NCBI RefSeq assembly: GCF_006345805.1
Contig: NC_042998.1
Span: 86,118,001 to 86,182,000 of the forward strand
Length of the DNA stretch: 64,000 nt
Direction of reading: 5' to 3'
DNA from: Octopus sinensis
Taxonomy: Eukaryota
Below are positions 48,522-62,620 of this stretch, one piece after another. Numbering within the stretch: the first letter of the stretch is position 1; every line of letters starts with the position of its first letter. Under the pieces are notes generated by a model. It was not told the origin of the DNA. It searched no databases and saw only the letters and a list, made by a program, of their open reading frames with translations. The translations under genes were made by a program, and so were the position numbers.

Positions 48522-51500
48522 GTCATTATTATTTGGAACCACATGAGAGGCCCAGGTGGCAGAGGTGCAACAAGGTAACAAAGCCACCATTCGGTCTCTG
48601 GTAGGTGAACAGGGGCACGAATTACTCAAGCCAAGTAAAATGTGTGAGGCTTTTCAACAGCATTTTGCCCAACAGTTCGGGACGAGTGGCAGGAGAGAAC
48701 ACAGGGGGGACTTCAGTACCTACATACATAGCCTGCCATGACTCTTGACAAGAGAGGCAGGGCACTGCGAAGGTGCCATCATCGTGGCGGAAGTGCGGGA
48801 CACGATGGCAGAATGCTCGAGGGACAAATCGCCGGGTTTGGATGGTCTATCCTATGAGCTTTACAGTTGTATGCCAGACTTGTTTGGAGACTCTTGGCAG
48901 CGGTGTACTGCAACTCGCAGCAAAACAGGAGCATCCCCGGTTTTGTGAGCCGAGAAGCCATAACACTGCTGAAAAAAGATCTAAACAAGGGGTATGTAAT
49001 AGATAACTTTAGGCCCATCACTCTACTTAATGCAGACTTGAAAATTTTGGTCAAGGTGTTAGCCAAACGTTGGCCTTGGCATCAAGAAACTCGACAACAA
49101 GGCACAAAAGTGCGCCGTGCCGGGCCGGATCATCCATGACAACTGATGCACTACATCATATACAAGGTAGTTAAGGAACCTGTCATGGGTGGGGCCCAGA
49201 TCAATTTGGAACAATTGAAAGCTTTCAATAGGGTAGACCATCAATATTTGGAGGCTATCCTCAGAGAGGCTGGTTTCGGTCCCGTCATCTGCAGCTGGAT
49301 AGCTGCTTTGTACAGAGACATCCGTTCGGTAATTTGCGTAAATGGACATCTATCGAGACCTTTTGACATTGCACATTTGGTCCGTCAGGGATGCCCCTCT
49401 CTCGTCGCTTCTATACATATTGACTCTCAAGCTACTACTGCAGAAGCTGGTAACTCTGAGGAGCATCCCGCGAGAATTGGGATGCGGGACAAACATGTCT
49501 GCATACGCGGACGATGTCACCATCATAGTGTCTAGTCACAAGCACATCGAGCTGGTCGGTAAGACACTGAAAGACTACAAAGTGGTAAAGGAGCAACAAT
49601 CATCCGAGAAAAGTTAGTTGATCTCGCGGCTTGTACCTGGAGAACCAAGCCCTGCCGTCCACCAGTGCCTCCATCATGGGACACTGGACTGATGGTCCGG
49701 TCGAGTTGCTCAAGGTCTGGTTTGGTCCGGACCTCCAAATGGAGAAGAACTGGAACAAGATAATGAGTAGGGTGGTCACTTTCGCCTGGCAATGGGCCGA
49801 GAGGAAACTGTCCCTAAAAGGTTGGGCAGAGGTGGCAAACACATACATCGCATCCATCATCTACTACCACTGACCGTCGTGCCTTGTCCTGACCCTACCA
49901 TCACCAACTAGAACACATTCTCTTCCGCTTCTTGTGGAAAAGATGCATCCCGATGGTCAGGCAATCCATTTGTTGTCAACACCCATTAAAAGGAGGGCTG
50001 GGCATGCCGTGGTTGATGATGCACAGACACGTGCTGAGACTGCGACATCTCCGGCTCTACATAGACGATGTGTGAACAGGTGTGGTCGCCGTTTGTGAGG
50101 CACGCTTTCCCGCAGCTCATCTCCATGACCAAACTGCAGTCATGGATCAAAAAGAGGCCGAAGAAGGGCAAACGGCACCACAAGTATCGCATTGCTCTCA
50201 AGCAACTATGCCGTCCCGGGTCGATCTTGAGAGACTCAAACAACCAAAGCATTCTATAGGGTATTAGTGGAGGGGAGGTACGACGACGATCTCGGGCAAA
50301 CATGGGCATCAACGAGGAATACCTGACCTGCCTGTTCAAGACGACTTTTGGGCTAGGACCTATGGACAACTTCCAGAGATCCCTGGCCTGGCAGTGCTAC
50401 CGAGCACTACCCATTCGGGATAAGCTCTACAGACACGGCTTGAGAAACACGGGCCAACCTGCCCAAGATGCGGTCAGAGCGATGAAACCATTCTGCACGC
50501 ACTCGTGCAGTGTCCAACCATTTCCAACCAGTGAGCTTATGTCGAATGACTGCTGTCACGTGTGGGATGAGTCAGTTTATCAGCCAAGTCTATTATCAAT
50601 ATCGTCACACCTCCTTCCTTCAAATGGGAAGAAGAGCTATTTTCATCATACTTGTGACTAAGGCGAAATAATGTATCTGGTGGACGTGTCTGAAAGGATT
50701 AGAGACAAGCACTTTCCTCTCTGGTCAATCTCTCATCAACTTCTTCAAGTATCACTTGAAAAGGAAAGTGAGAGTAGAGAGGCAAGTTTTGTCTAGCGAA
50801 TGTTTCAAAAAAAGATGGGTAAATGTAGCAAGGATGACATGTATGAATGACGAAGCCACCTTGAGCATAATCCTATGAACCCAGGAAAATTTAAAACAGA
50901 GAGTTACTTACTTGCAAATAAATGTGTTAATATGTGACATTATTGACCAAGGTTAACATGGTCTTTTCCATAGGCTTTTCTTTCCATGGATAAACCTTAG
51001 TTTCCCCCTTTACACTTTACATCATGATATTTCTGTGATATACATGATCCCTATTGATCGTTTTTTTATGATCCCTTTTGGTCGAAAACCTACCCCATTT
51101 TTTTTCTTCCCAAAAAGAAAAGCTCTACTTTGTATTTTGTCCCCTCTGTGTTCAGCCCTGTGTGGCTAATAAAGAAACATTATTATTATTATTATTATAT
51201 TATTATTATTATTATTATTGTCGGTGGCACATAAATCACCCGCTACACTCTCGGAGTGGTTGGCGTTAGAAGGGCATCCAGCTGTAGAAACACTGCCAGA
51301 TCTGACTGGCCTGGTGCAGCCTTCGGGCTCCCCAGACCCCAGTTGAACCCTCCAACCCATGCTAGCATGGAAAGCGGATGTTAAATGATGATGATGATGA
51401 TGATGATGATTATTATTATTACATTTTTCCTTCTTTCTTCAAATTTCTTCCGTTTCTCACCGAGTGTTTTCCATACACCTAGGGCAGAGTAGCTCATTGT

Positions 51501-54500
51501 ATGCATTCCCAGATTACATACGCAAATTCACAGATAAAATATGTATTTAAAAATTAATAAATAAATAAATTCATGGATGGATGTTGTTTTCACAGTGATA
51601 ATGGAACATTCACTGGAACATGAGCTGTTCCAGTTAATACGATTTTTTGCACTTCCTGTAGGGATGGTAAGCCTGGAATCATTTTCAAATAGGTTTCAGT
51701 ACCTTTTTTATCATTCCTAGAGATCCTACAATCACTGGTACTGTAGTCGCCTTGAGATGCCACATTTGTCAATTTCTATAAGCAGGTCTTTATATTTACT
51801 AATCTTGTCAAATTCTTTTGCCGCTATATTGTGATTGCAAGGGATACTCATGTCAATTAATAAACACATCTTTTTGTCTGATCTTTTATAATAATATCCG
51901 GTTTTATTAGCTTTTATAGTCTTGTTGGTCTGTATGGTGAAGTCCCATAGAATCGACACTTTCTCCCTCAGTCACAGCTTCAGGATGGTGTTTATATCAT
52001 TTGTCAGTGGTTTTGATTTTATAATACCGACATATTGTCCAATGTAAATACTGGCCGACTCTGTCATGTCTTGATTTATATTCTGCAGGTGCTAAGACTC
52101 TATACCCTGAGATTACGTGTCTATTATTTCAATCTCATTGTTACAGAATCGGCATTTTGGTCAGCTCCATTTTTTATCACATTGGCTTGGTAGTTCCGGT
52201 TAATAAGCTTTGGTCTTGAGCAGCTAATATGAAACCTTCACTCTCTGTTTTTAGCCCTGAGCTTCGTAACAAATGGTGTGTGTATTTCTAGTCGACATCA
52301 GCTTGTTTTCTACGGACCACATACTTGCCATGGAGAGGTTTCTGTTCCCATCTGCTAGCTAAATTTTCATGTGCTTTTGTCTTTGCAATTAATTTTATTT
52401 TCTTTGCAGCTGCAGTTGGCGCATCTCCTTCAGCCTGATCAATCTGGTGGGTATCTAAGAGATCAGCAGCGAATTTTTTGCTCTCTTTGAGAATAGAGTG
52501 AAGTCTTTTCAGTCTTTCATGTTTTTCAACAAGTTTTAGCATCCAATCTTTGTTGCTTCAAGGTATTTGGCTAGTCTGATTGTGGTGGTTTTGTATGTAA
52601 GTTCAAGCTGGATCAAACCTCGACCTCCCTGAGTTCTGGGAAGGTAAAGGCGATCCATGTCTGCCTTTTGATGGTGCATCTTATTACAAGTCAGTAGCTT
52701 GCGGATCTTTCTGTCAATTTTCATTATTTCACTGGTATTCCAGTTAAGCATATTGAAGCTATAAAGAACAACTGGTACTGCTAAGGAATTTATGGCTAAC
52801 ACCTTATTATATGCATTCAGTTCAGACTTCAGGACTGCTCGAACTCTTCTATAACATTCCTTCCTAACCTTCTCTTTCATGCTTGCATGCTGGATACCAG
52901 AGCCTTCATTTATTCCTAGGTATTTGTAGGTTTGTTCCTGCTCAAGTTCCTTTATTACTGTTTCAATATCTAATTCGATTGAACTAGGCTTTACCAAGTT
53001 CCCTTTCTTAAAAGTGACTTTGGCACACTTTTCAAGGCCAAACTCCATCCCGATATCATCACTGAATCCTTTCACGGTATGTAATAATCCTTTAAGCTCT
53101 TCATCATTTTTGCTATATAGCTTAAATCATCCATATAAAATAGATGGCTTATTTTCTGTTGTCGATTTTGTAGCCATATCCTGTTCTATTCAGTTCACTT
53201 GAGAGTGGTATTAGTGCTATGCAGAAAATTAGTGGTGAAAGTGAGTCACCTTGGAAAATTCCACAGTTTATGCTAATGTGTTTGAGCGCAATACTCTATT
53301 AGAGTGATATAATTGGAGCTTCGTGTTCCATAGTGACATATTATACTTTAAAAAATCTGAAATCACAGGAGAAATTTGAAAATGTCCAGCGATTTCAGAA
53401 TCCACGAATGCGGTATGCTGTCAAAGGCTTTTTATAATCAAACCATGAAGAGCTGAGATTTCTGCGCTTGTTATGGCAGTTCTCAAGGATCATACGATTA
53501 ATTAGGAGCTGATCTTTGCATCCGTATGAGCCTCATCTGCATCCTTTTTGTTCAGTGGGAAAGAGGTTATTCTCTTCCATAAACGTATATGTTTCTCTAC
53601 TAGAATAGATGTCAAAATCTTATAGGTAGTAGATAAAGATGTTATAGGCCAGTAGTTTTTTGGTTCTTTTCGTTTTGTTATTTTGGGGAGGAGGTAAGTA
53701 ATACCATTTGCCATCCAATGTGGTGTTTTTTTCGGGTCTTTCATAATACTATTAAATAGTATTACTAACTTTTGTGTGCGGACGAGAGTGATGAGAGCCA
53801 GAAATTTGGTACTCTATGAATACCAGGGATTTCCACTTATGAGCCTTCGTTAGTGCCCTCCTTAGGTCGGCGATTGAGATGTCTTTCCATACCTGTTCTT
53901 GTAGATTTTGTAGTCATCTTGGGTGCGTTTGATCCACTCTGCATTTTCATTGTATGGTTTCTCATCACTCCAAAAGTTTTCAACTTCTTCCATTAGGGGT
54001 GGATTTTCAATGGTCATTTTTTCTTTCCCTATTCCCCTGTAAAATGATTTGGCATTGGATTTGAACATCTTTTTTGTTTGTAGAATTTGATTCTTTTTCA
54101 AATCTGCGTATTCTCTGAGATTTTGCTTGAACTTTTTGTTTAAGTGTTTCTTTCGCTGACATTAGTTCTCTTGTTGAGTGTCCATATTTTCTCACAATCT
54201 TCCTGCCTTTTCTTGATCTTACATCATTTCCAGATATTATCTCAGTTAATATTGATATCTCCCTTCACAATGATTCAATTTCAGTTTCAATTCTACTCCT
54301 CCAGTTTGATTTTCTTTTCGAATTTGGTATTGTTGCCTTTTTGGGTGTTAAACAGCATCTTTCGATTACCTTAGCGACAGAGCAAATAATTTCATTTAAT
54401 TTATTAAGATCGGGTTTTAGTTGGTGTATGATTTCTTGTGTAATGCAGTTGCCAATTTTTATTTGTGTTTTATGTTGGTGTGCCTTTGAGAGTTTATGGA

Positions 54501-54646
54501 GTGGTTCCCTATCATTCATAGTTGTATGGCCTACAACTGCAAGCTCATTCAGAACTTCTTGCTTCATTTCAATGATAGATTTTCTGTGTTGTTCAACAAA
54601 CACGTGGCCTAAAATCTTATTCTTCTTCTTATTACTATTATTATTA

Positions 54647-54696
<50 letters not shown>

Positions 54697-56326
54697 TTAT
54701 TATTATTATTATTGGACTCTGCTCATGATTTCAAAGAAGAAGAACATGTTTGTGAACTGTAAGTTTTTGTGCAATTTTTGCAGATATTGTTGTATCTGAA
54801 AATTTTTTACAACATTTTTGTGGCCAAGCCAACATTTCTGAGCAGAGCGGTTAGGTGGGACTTTTCCACTTTAGGGTGAATTTTCAGTTTAAAATCTCTA
54901 ATTTTTCATTTTTCGATTTTTAAAATTTGTAAAATAGCCTTGGAGAAGAGTGTCTGCTCTTCCTTTCTTTTGACTTCCTCCCTCTGTTGTTGGAAGACAG
55001 ACAAAAGATGTAAATATTAACTGACTCTGCCCACTCCATGCCTAAAAAGGCAGAGAGAGGGAAGACCAAAGTCTTGCAAGCATGTGCAACATTGAGCATC
55101 AGAAGGAAAAAGAAGAAAAGAAATGAAGAAAAAGGGGGAAAAGAGCAAGGAAATTCAGTTAATGGATGCTACTAGAGTCGCAACATCTGTGAATCCAAGC
55201 GCTCCCACTACCACCACTAAACTCTAAGACATTGAACACCCAACAACAACAACAGCAACCCAATGCATTAAACAGCCAAGGTTTCTCAGTTCAATAGCAA
55301 AACCAAGCAATGAGTTTATAAATATTTCAGTAGAACCTCTCACAGAAACATTTTAAAAGAAAAAGCAAAAGAAGCATTTTGATAAACACACCATCAGAGA
55401 AAATGAACAAACATGCCATAGTGTACAAAACTATATCATTAAAAAATAGATGTATAGAAACTGCCAGAAAGCAAGCAGTTGAAAAATGCTTGCAACCCAT
55501 TTGAAAAGACGTAACTTATCTGGTGAGAAGTAAGAAATATGACACAACTGAAGTCAGATTTGCTACAGAAGGCATAGCAAAACAGCATTCAACAGCCGAC
55601 TGAGAAACAGTGAGCTTATCCTAGTTCAAACATACTTGGGACAGAGTGTCAACAAGATAAAAATACTGGAGATACTATCAGAAATGAATGTTTGCTGAAT
55701 TATCATGGCTGTCCTTCTTCACTAGGAGGATAAAATCAGAATTATCCAAGTCAAGAAATAAGGAAAAAGCAACAGGACTGGTCAGGTATTTCAAATAATG
55801 ATCCAAATAAACCAAGACATTTTGAAACAAATTCCTGATCAACTCAGACTTGTAGATGGCACTATGCTGAATGTCACTGTTGAGGACAGAAGGCCAAGAT
55901 GCTATCAATGTGGACAAAATAACCACCTGAAAGCCTTTTGACTAAAACAGAAGGAGGACACTACCTCCTTGATACAAGCGCCACTCACACCACAAACAAC
56001 TGAAGCAACCCCAACTACAGAGGCAACCCCAAGAAAGAAAGCAGAGAGGTCTCCAGCAAAAACACCAACAGCAAATACTACATGAGAGACAACAACGCCA
56101 ACAAAAGCAGAGGTGTTGACCACAATCACTACCACAGTAGCTACAAAAACACCAACAACACAGGTCTTGCCAGAGGAACAAAAATCACCAGCAAATTTCA
56201 ACTTCAACAAATTTTATATTTCCCCAAAGAGTTGATTTCAAGTAGATTCTAAGAGCATATTTGATACCATTATGGATACCATCATGGAAGACGTTAGAAT
56301 AAATATCAAATCAAAGTTAAACTCAC

Positions 56327-56338
56327 CTGGCCAGCAGG
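56327..56338 (-). CDS. Duplicate of the candidate PAGQ microexon
   Basis: Identical to 2601-2612, including the splice sites. Confidence 0.45.
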
Positions 56339-57859
56339 CTGAAATTGAAACAAATAAACATTTATAAGAATAGTGAATAACAAGAATAATACAAAAGATA
56401 TTTTTAAGATGAGAAGATATTTTAAGACAATGAAACTCAGAGGTGTGCATTAAAAGAGTTGGTTTTCAGACAGTTATGAATATTATTTGCTGCAACATCT
56501 TATTTAACAAGACAAAACTAAATCTGTTTTTAACTTATAAGGCCTAAATAAAATTGAAAAGAACTTTGAGAAACCTTCATGACAGCTTTTGTAACATGTT
56601 ATTACCAGACATTTGACAAGTAACCAAAAGAACTAGTTATCAATCAAAAAATTATACTAATAATAATTTCTTATATTGGCAAAATATAAGTGTTGGATGT
56701 AATGGCATGGGATAGTGGGAATGTGTGGATGGTTGGTGTACATGAGTAATTATATTGTGAGCAAGTAAAATATAGAAGTGAGGAGTAGAGAGGTAGCAGT
56801 GGGTGCAAGTGTGAGGGTGGAAAGAAGATAGGAGGAATGTGAATAGTGTGTGTAAGGGTATTGGTGTGAAATGGTGTAATACAGAAGTGAGAGATGAAAT
56901 GAGAAAAAAAATGGAAAAAGAAAAGTAACAACTGTACAAAGAAGGAAATTACTTTTCTGCTTTAGTAAGAGAAGAAAATTAGTGAGGTATATGGAATGGC
57001 AAGAAAAAGTGATAGAAGTGTGTGCATGTGTCTAAATGTCCAGCTTAAAACAATTTTTGATCAATCATTCCAGAAGAAATGTGATTCATCCCTATATAAA
57101 GAGTGGATTCATAATATTAAGTTAATCTGATATATGACATGCACTAAACTCGTCATCCTTCAGTCCCTCTTGTGACTTTACAGACAATTATATGTGTGTG
57201 TAGACACACACATACATATATGAACCATATACATAGATATCATCATCATCATCATTATTCAAAGTCTGTTTTCCATGCTGGGAGAAATAGTATTGACTGG
57301 GTGCAGTTTTGTGCCATTTCAGTGATTAAAAGTATAGAGGGACAGAGATAGGTGTATCAAATTTGGCTGAGCAAATTATTCATCTTCATTTTTGTAGTTC
57401 AAGACTCCACAGAGCAAATGTTCCATTGTTGTTTCTATAACATTATGTAGGTAAAAGCTAAATCTCTTTTAGGATTAAGTTCCACTGTATTTAAATTGCC
57501 TGCTAACCAGAGGAAATTAACTCAGAACTGCAGACAACAAACAAAATCATCAGTTTACATCAGTAAACAATGCAACCCACGTCCCCATGTCCATGGTAAC
57601 TATCTACTGTTAAGTAGACTTAAACCATTGAGACCAACTTAGACTAAACACAAGCATGAAGCAATTCTTATGATTAATCAGTTATGAAGGCTGTGTATCA
57701 AAGTAGTAACCTATGAATTTGGTTCAGTAAATTGTATTAAGAATCATCTTGGAAAGTGAAACTGCCTAAAGTACAGGTTGGTTTAATTTAGCTACTTTCA
57801 TGTTAAAATACATTGAATGACTTGTGAGTATAAAGCAAAAAATAAACCAGTATCCTTAC

Positions 57860-57945
57860 TATCAAAGAATATTTAGAGTGGGATTGTGATCAGCATCAGT
57901 AGCTGTTATCTGCAAATTTGGTATTGTATTGTTTACTGTAAAATC
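57860..57945 (-). CDS. Duplicate of cadherin exon 989-1075 with a 1-nt homopolymer deletion
   Basis: 86 nt versus 87 nt; splice sites retained. Confidence 0.8.
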
Positions 57946-59295
57946 CTGCAAAAAAAAGCAAAATATTAAGAAAATATATTTCAGCAAATATTTTTTTTTC
58001 ACTAGTTTTCATATTAATTCATTCTATGATAAAGATGACACATTTCAGAAAACAATTCCCCCCTACCACAAATGTCTTTGCTATGAAAGCAATACATTAT
58101 AAACATTAGGTCAGAAAGAAGGTCCTGTAACATTTTTAACACAATCACTTCAGGGTACTTTTTCAATACTTATTGTCAAATAAACATTAAGTTTTACACT
58201 TTAATGCTTTATTCTTCACAGATTACTTTATAATATAATGGTTAAATTTGTATGATTTACTTTACCTTTTAAAATTAGTTTAGATCAGACCCATAACAGA
58301 CACTGCATATTGTATGAATTCAAAATAAGCAATGGAAACAAGAAATATTCATTCTGTCTGTGAAAACAAAGCTTCAAGTGTCTGGACATTCCAATGATGG
58401 TTTGGCCAGTTTTACTCAGGAAATATTTCTTTCACATATTTCCTTGATCTGCATGGCCATGTTCTGTCAATATTGAGCTTCTGGAAACCATAGTTGAGGA
58501 AAACCCAAGGGAAACTACATGAAAATTGGCAAAACAGTTCAAGTGAAGTCACATTTTGATCACAAAACACTTGCATGAACGAGGAAAAGTATCTAAATTT
58601 GGTTAATGGGTGCCTCATCACTTGACTGCTTATCAGCTTAATCATAAAGTTGTTTTCTGCTCATTATTGAAGAGTAGACTACCTACAAAAACTTTCCTGG
58701 ATAGAATCATCACAGGTGGTGAAAAGTTGGTTTTCTATAATTATATTTAACAAAAATGAAAAAAGAGAATCCATCCTCAAACATTTACAACAGCTAAAAA
58801 TGTGCTCTGTTTGTTGGGTATAAAGGATGTTTTATACTATTAAGTGTTAAAGTAAAATGCAGAGGAATACTGTTATCAGGTGGAAGCATTGCACACAAAA
58901 AAATTGCAGCAAAGGTATTCCTCATTAATCAAATGTACAGAGGTGTTGCTCCAACATAATAACACAAAATCATATCCTACTGAAGTCATTCATGAAAGGA
59001 TTACTGCCTTAAATATGGAGTTTTACCTCACCATCCTTACTCTACCGATTTTGTTCCCTCTATTATCTTTTCAGACCATTGCAACATTTATTAGAGTGAA
59101 AACAATCTATAAATATCTAACAATTGTGATCAGCTTAAAAATGAAACTTGAAAAATTTTTCACCCAAATGATTGGAATTATGTTATCAAGAATGAGAGAA
59201 TATACTATCTTGATAAAAAATATCAATTAAAACCAAATAATTATTTACTTTTCTATCTTGAAATGCAACAGAGCTTCCTTACCAATCTAATATAC

Positions 59296-60240
59296 AATGG
59301 GTGTGAGAAGTATTTCAGGACACTAAATAATTATCAGTTTATTATTCTCTTAAATCAATTAAAAGAATTTTATTTCTTTCCTATTATCCATGGTAGATAA
59401 AGTGCTGACACAAAAAATGAAAAGATATGCAGTTATTGCTGCGATATATGTGGAATGCATCAATGTAGAAATTACCAGCTTTCTACATGTTGCAAGATCT
59501 TTGCACGTAAAGTTCAAATAGAAATGGAAGACTCTGGCAGGGATGTTTCAAACGTATCAAAGAGAAAAAAGCATTCTAAACATTTTTACACTATAACGAC
59601 ACTGCAATTCATCCAATGGGTTCAAAACATTATTGATGATGATTCCACAAAATCTATGAGGGCTATAGCCAAAAAACTTTAGGTGTCAGAACAGACTATC
59701 AAAACTGGTGCATGAGGACATTGATACAAGTACTGAGGAGAGGCCAATTGATGTCTGCAAAGACACAGAAAAATCCTTTGATCCTTGCCAAGTGGTTACT
59801 TAACAAGGTTAAAACCCTTACAAATATGGCATGCTTTGATTCTTCTCTGATGAAAAAATCTTCATCCACAGCCAAAAGTCTAACAGGAAAAATTCCAATT
59901 CCTGATGGTTAAGTGCAGATCCTTCTGTTTTCATTGAATGATGCACACCAAGTTTCCAGCAATTGCGATGAATTTAGGAATGCTTAGTGGTGAATGCCAT
60001 GTTCCACCTCACATCTTTTGACAGGATTTTAGAGTTAATACTATAGTATACATTGAGCTGCTGGAGATAGATCTGTTAAGTCCTAGGTGGATTAAGTATG
60101 CAATAGAAAGCCACATGTACTTCAATAGACTCAGCACTTTCTTTCAAATTCATATAACCCAAGAATGAATGTCAGTCAATCGTTACAATCATGTAATACC
60201 AAACTTGTGGCCTCCAAACTTGCCAGATTTAAATCTCATG
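59296..60240 (+). mobile_element. Decayed maT-like Tc1/mariner transposon
   Basis: Motifs FFSDEKIF, MHTKFPA and LWPPNLPDLNL. Confidence 0.72.
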
Positions 60241-60244
60241 GAGC

Positions 60245-60820
60245 AATGGATGAGGAAAGCTGCATCAAGAAGTGAAGATCTCTAATTATGGAGGGAACAT
60301 GTGGAAGGGGCAGATCCAAGAAGACATGGATGAAGTGGTGAGAAAGAATCTTCAGATGTTGGGCCTCAAAGAGGAGATGACAGGTGGCCAAGACTTCTAA
60401 GGGTTTTCTATGCTTGAGAAAACATGCTAAGCTAAGTAAAACTAAGGCCGTCCATGCCTATAGGCATATCTTCTGCATCTCTCTCTCAGCCAAGAAATCC
60501 TAGTCTTGCAGACTTGTGGGTGCTAGTTTCGCATAAAAGTACCTTTGGTGGTGCCATGTAAAAGTGTCCATGCCAATGTTATGTAAAAGCACCATTGCCA
60601 GTGTCATATAAAAGCACTTGTGCCAGTGGTATGTAGAAGTGCCTGTGCCAGTCCTATGTGCTGGTGCCATATAGAAGCATATAAAAGTGGCCAAATAGAA
60701 ATCATGCCAGAACAGACAAATGGAGCCAAGGCCAACTCTTGTCAAATATCCGATCCATGCCAGTATGGAATCAGACACTGAAAGATGATGATGATCATGA
60801 TGATGATGATAATGATGATG
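60245..60820 (+). mobile_element. RTE LINE 3' end with UTR repeats and (GAT)n tail
   Basis: GRGRSKKTW-like C-terminus followed by the UTR and tail. Confidence 0.7.
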
Positions 60821-61697
60821 AAAGAGACACTAATATCCATCTTCATAATAATGTAGCTTCATTAAAGGCTGCCATTGTCTAGTTGATGTCCAAAATTAAA
60901 AAGGAACATTAAATGCAGGCATATCAACAATTCAGACTGTGCACTGGAGCAGTCAACAAAGCAGAATCTGTATTCAGAATAAAATCTAAGGAAACTGATT
61001 CTGGCTGTCAGTTTGTTGGGCATTCCTCTGCTCGCCATCCAGTGATATTCATCATTGATTCAATAAGTTCATCTACCAAAATAGTTCACATCTATCATGC
61101 TGCATCTTATGATTTCAACATAATCCTTACTCAGATGGTTACCTGATGCTATATATATATATATATCATCACCATCATCATCATCATTTAATGTCCACTT
61201 TCATGCTAGCATGGGTTAGACAGTTTGACTGTTTGACCTCATTTTTATGAGATTGATGAGGCTTCTTTAGCACACTGAATCTCTAATCAGCTCAGTCTTT
61301 ATGCAAGGTTCAACAACCTGACACTGGTCTTCACTACTTCATTTCATGTTTTCCTGAATCGTCTTCTTTCATAAGTTCCATCCACATTCAACAGTCTGTA
61401 CTTCTTTATGCAGCTGTGCTCATCCATACCCATCACAAGACCATATCAGCAGTTTTCTCTTTTGTACACCACATCTGGTACCTCTTTTGCCCAATTTTTC
61501 TCTCAGCACATTTGCACTTTGTCATACATATACATTAATCTGACACATCCAGTAGAGCATGCATGCGCATCTCATTTCTTTCAAGTATTCTTATGCCTTC
61601 TGCAGTCATGTTCAATACTTCACTCCATGAAGCATTAACAAGAGAGAGGGAGAAAGAACGAGAGAGAATCTTTTGAAAGAAAATGTCAAATTCTTAC

Positions 61698-61791
61698 CTC
61701 TGGTATGTTGCTTTATATCGATGACTTCCGAAAACTGGATTATCATTTTCGTCAAGAATTTTAAGTAACATATATTACCTACTGAGTTATC
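61698..61791 (-). CDS. Upstream cadherin exon of the inverted copy (..LKILDENDNPVFGSHRYKA/IPE), with deletions
   Basis: ttttttaaattcag acceptor and gtaag donor, with the DENDN linker. It ends in PE, which joins naturally to the DFTVN exon. Confidence 0.8.
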
Positions 61792-61920
61792 CTGAATTTA
61801 AAAAACAGATATCGAATGTTATAATTCCATGCAATTTCAAGAACATGAATTTGATCTTGTTGATGTGTAAGCTTCTCTTCAATATAAGTATTTTTACATC
61901 ACAAAAAGCATACTCTTACT

Positions 61921-62310
61921 CTTTTACTCTTTTACTTGTTTCAGTCATTTGACTGCGGCCATGCTGGAGCACCGCCTTTAGTCAAGCAAATCGACCCCGG
62001 GACTTATTCTTTGTAAGCCCAGTACTTATTCTATCGGTCTCTTTTGCCAAACCGAAGTGACGGGGACGTAAACACACCAGCATCGGTTGTCAAGCAATGC
62101 TAGGGGGACAAACACAGACACACAAACACATACACACATATATATACCTATATACGACAGGCTTTTTAGTTTCCGTCTACCAAATCCACTCACAAGGCAT
62201 TGGTCGGCCCAGGGCTATAGCAGAAGACACTTGCCCAAGATGCCATGCAGTGGGACTGAACCGGAACCATGTGGTTGGTTAGCAAGCTACTTACCACACA
62301 GCCACTCCTG
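61921..62310 (-). mobile_element. Two adjacent SINEs (61921-62130 and a tRNA-derived CORE-like SINE at 62152-62310)
   Basis: The minus-strand head reads GGAGTGGCTGTGTGGTAAG..GGTTCAGTCCC..CTTGGGCAAGTG. Confidence 0.75.
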
Positions 62311-62329
62311 ACTATATGCATGCATATGA

Positions 62330-62620
62330 TAATTCAACAGTTTTGCAATCATTTGGATGAACTCATTACAATTTTGCAATCATTCAACATGTAATCATGA
62401 ACTCATTATGTACAATTTGCAATCATTCAACAGTTTTGCAATCATTTGTATGATTATCATTACAATTTTGCAATCATACAGTTTTGCAATATTGTGAACT
62501 CATTATAAATTACAATTTTGCAATATTCAACAGTTTTGCAACATTTGTATGAACTCATTATAAATTACAATTTTGCAATCATTCAACAGTTTTGTAATAT
62601 TTGTATGAACTCATATAAAT
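62330..62620. repeat. AT-rich minisatellite, ~45-58 bp unit with an internal TTTTGCAATCATT subrepeat
   Basis: Direct reading; about 5-6 degenerate units. Confidence 0.85.

Larger units (their letters stand above)
47912..58931 (-). repeat. Inverted duplicate of positions 1-11057 (includes the Tx1 copy ~48533-51180, the Dong copy ~51422-54630 and the ORF1 remnant)
   Basis: Colinear reverse-complement match, including identical ORFs (288-521 = 58412-58645; 3013-3261 = 55678-55926; 4344-4682 = 54265-54603). Confidence 0.97.
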
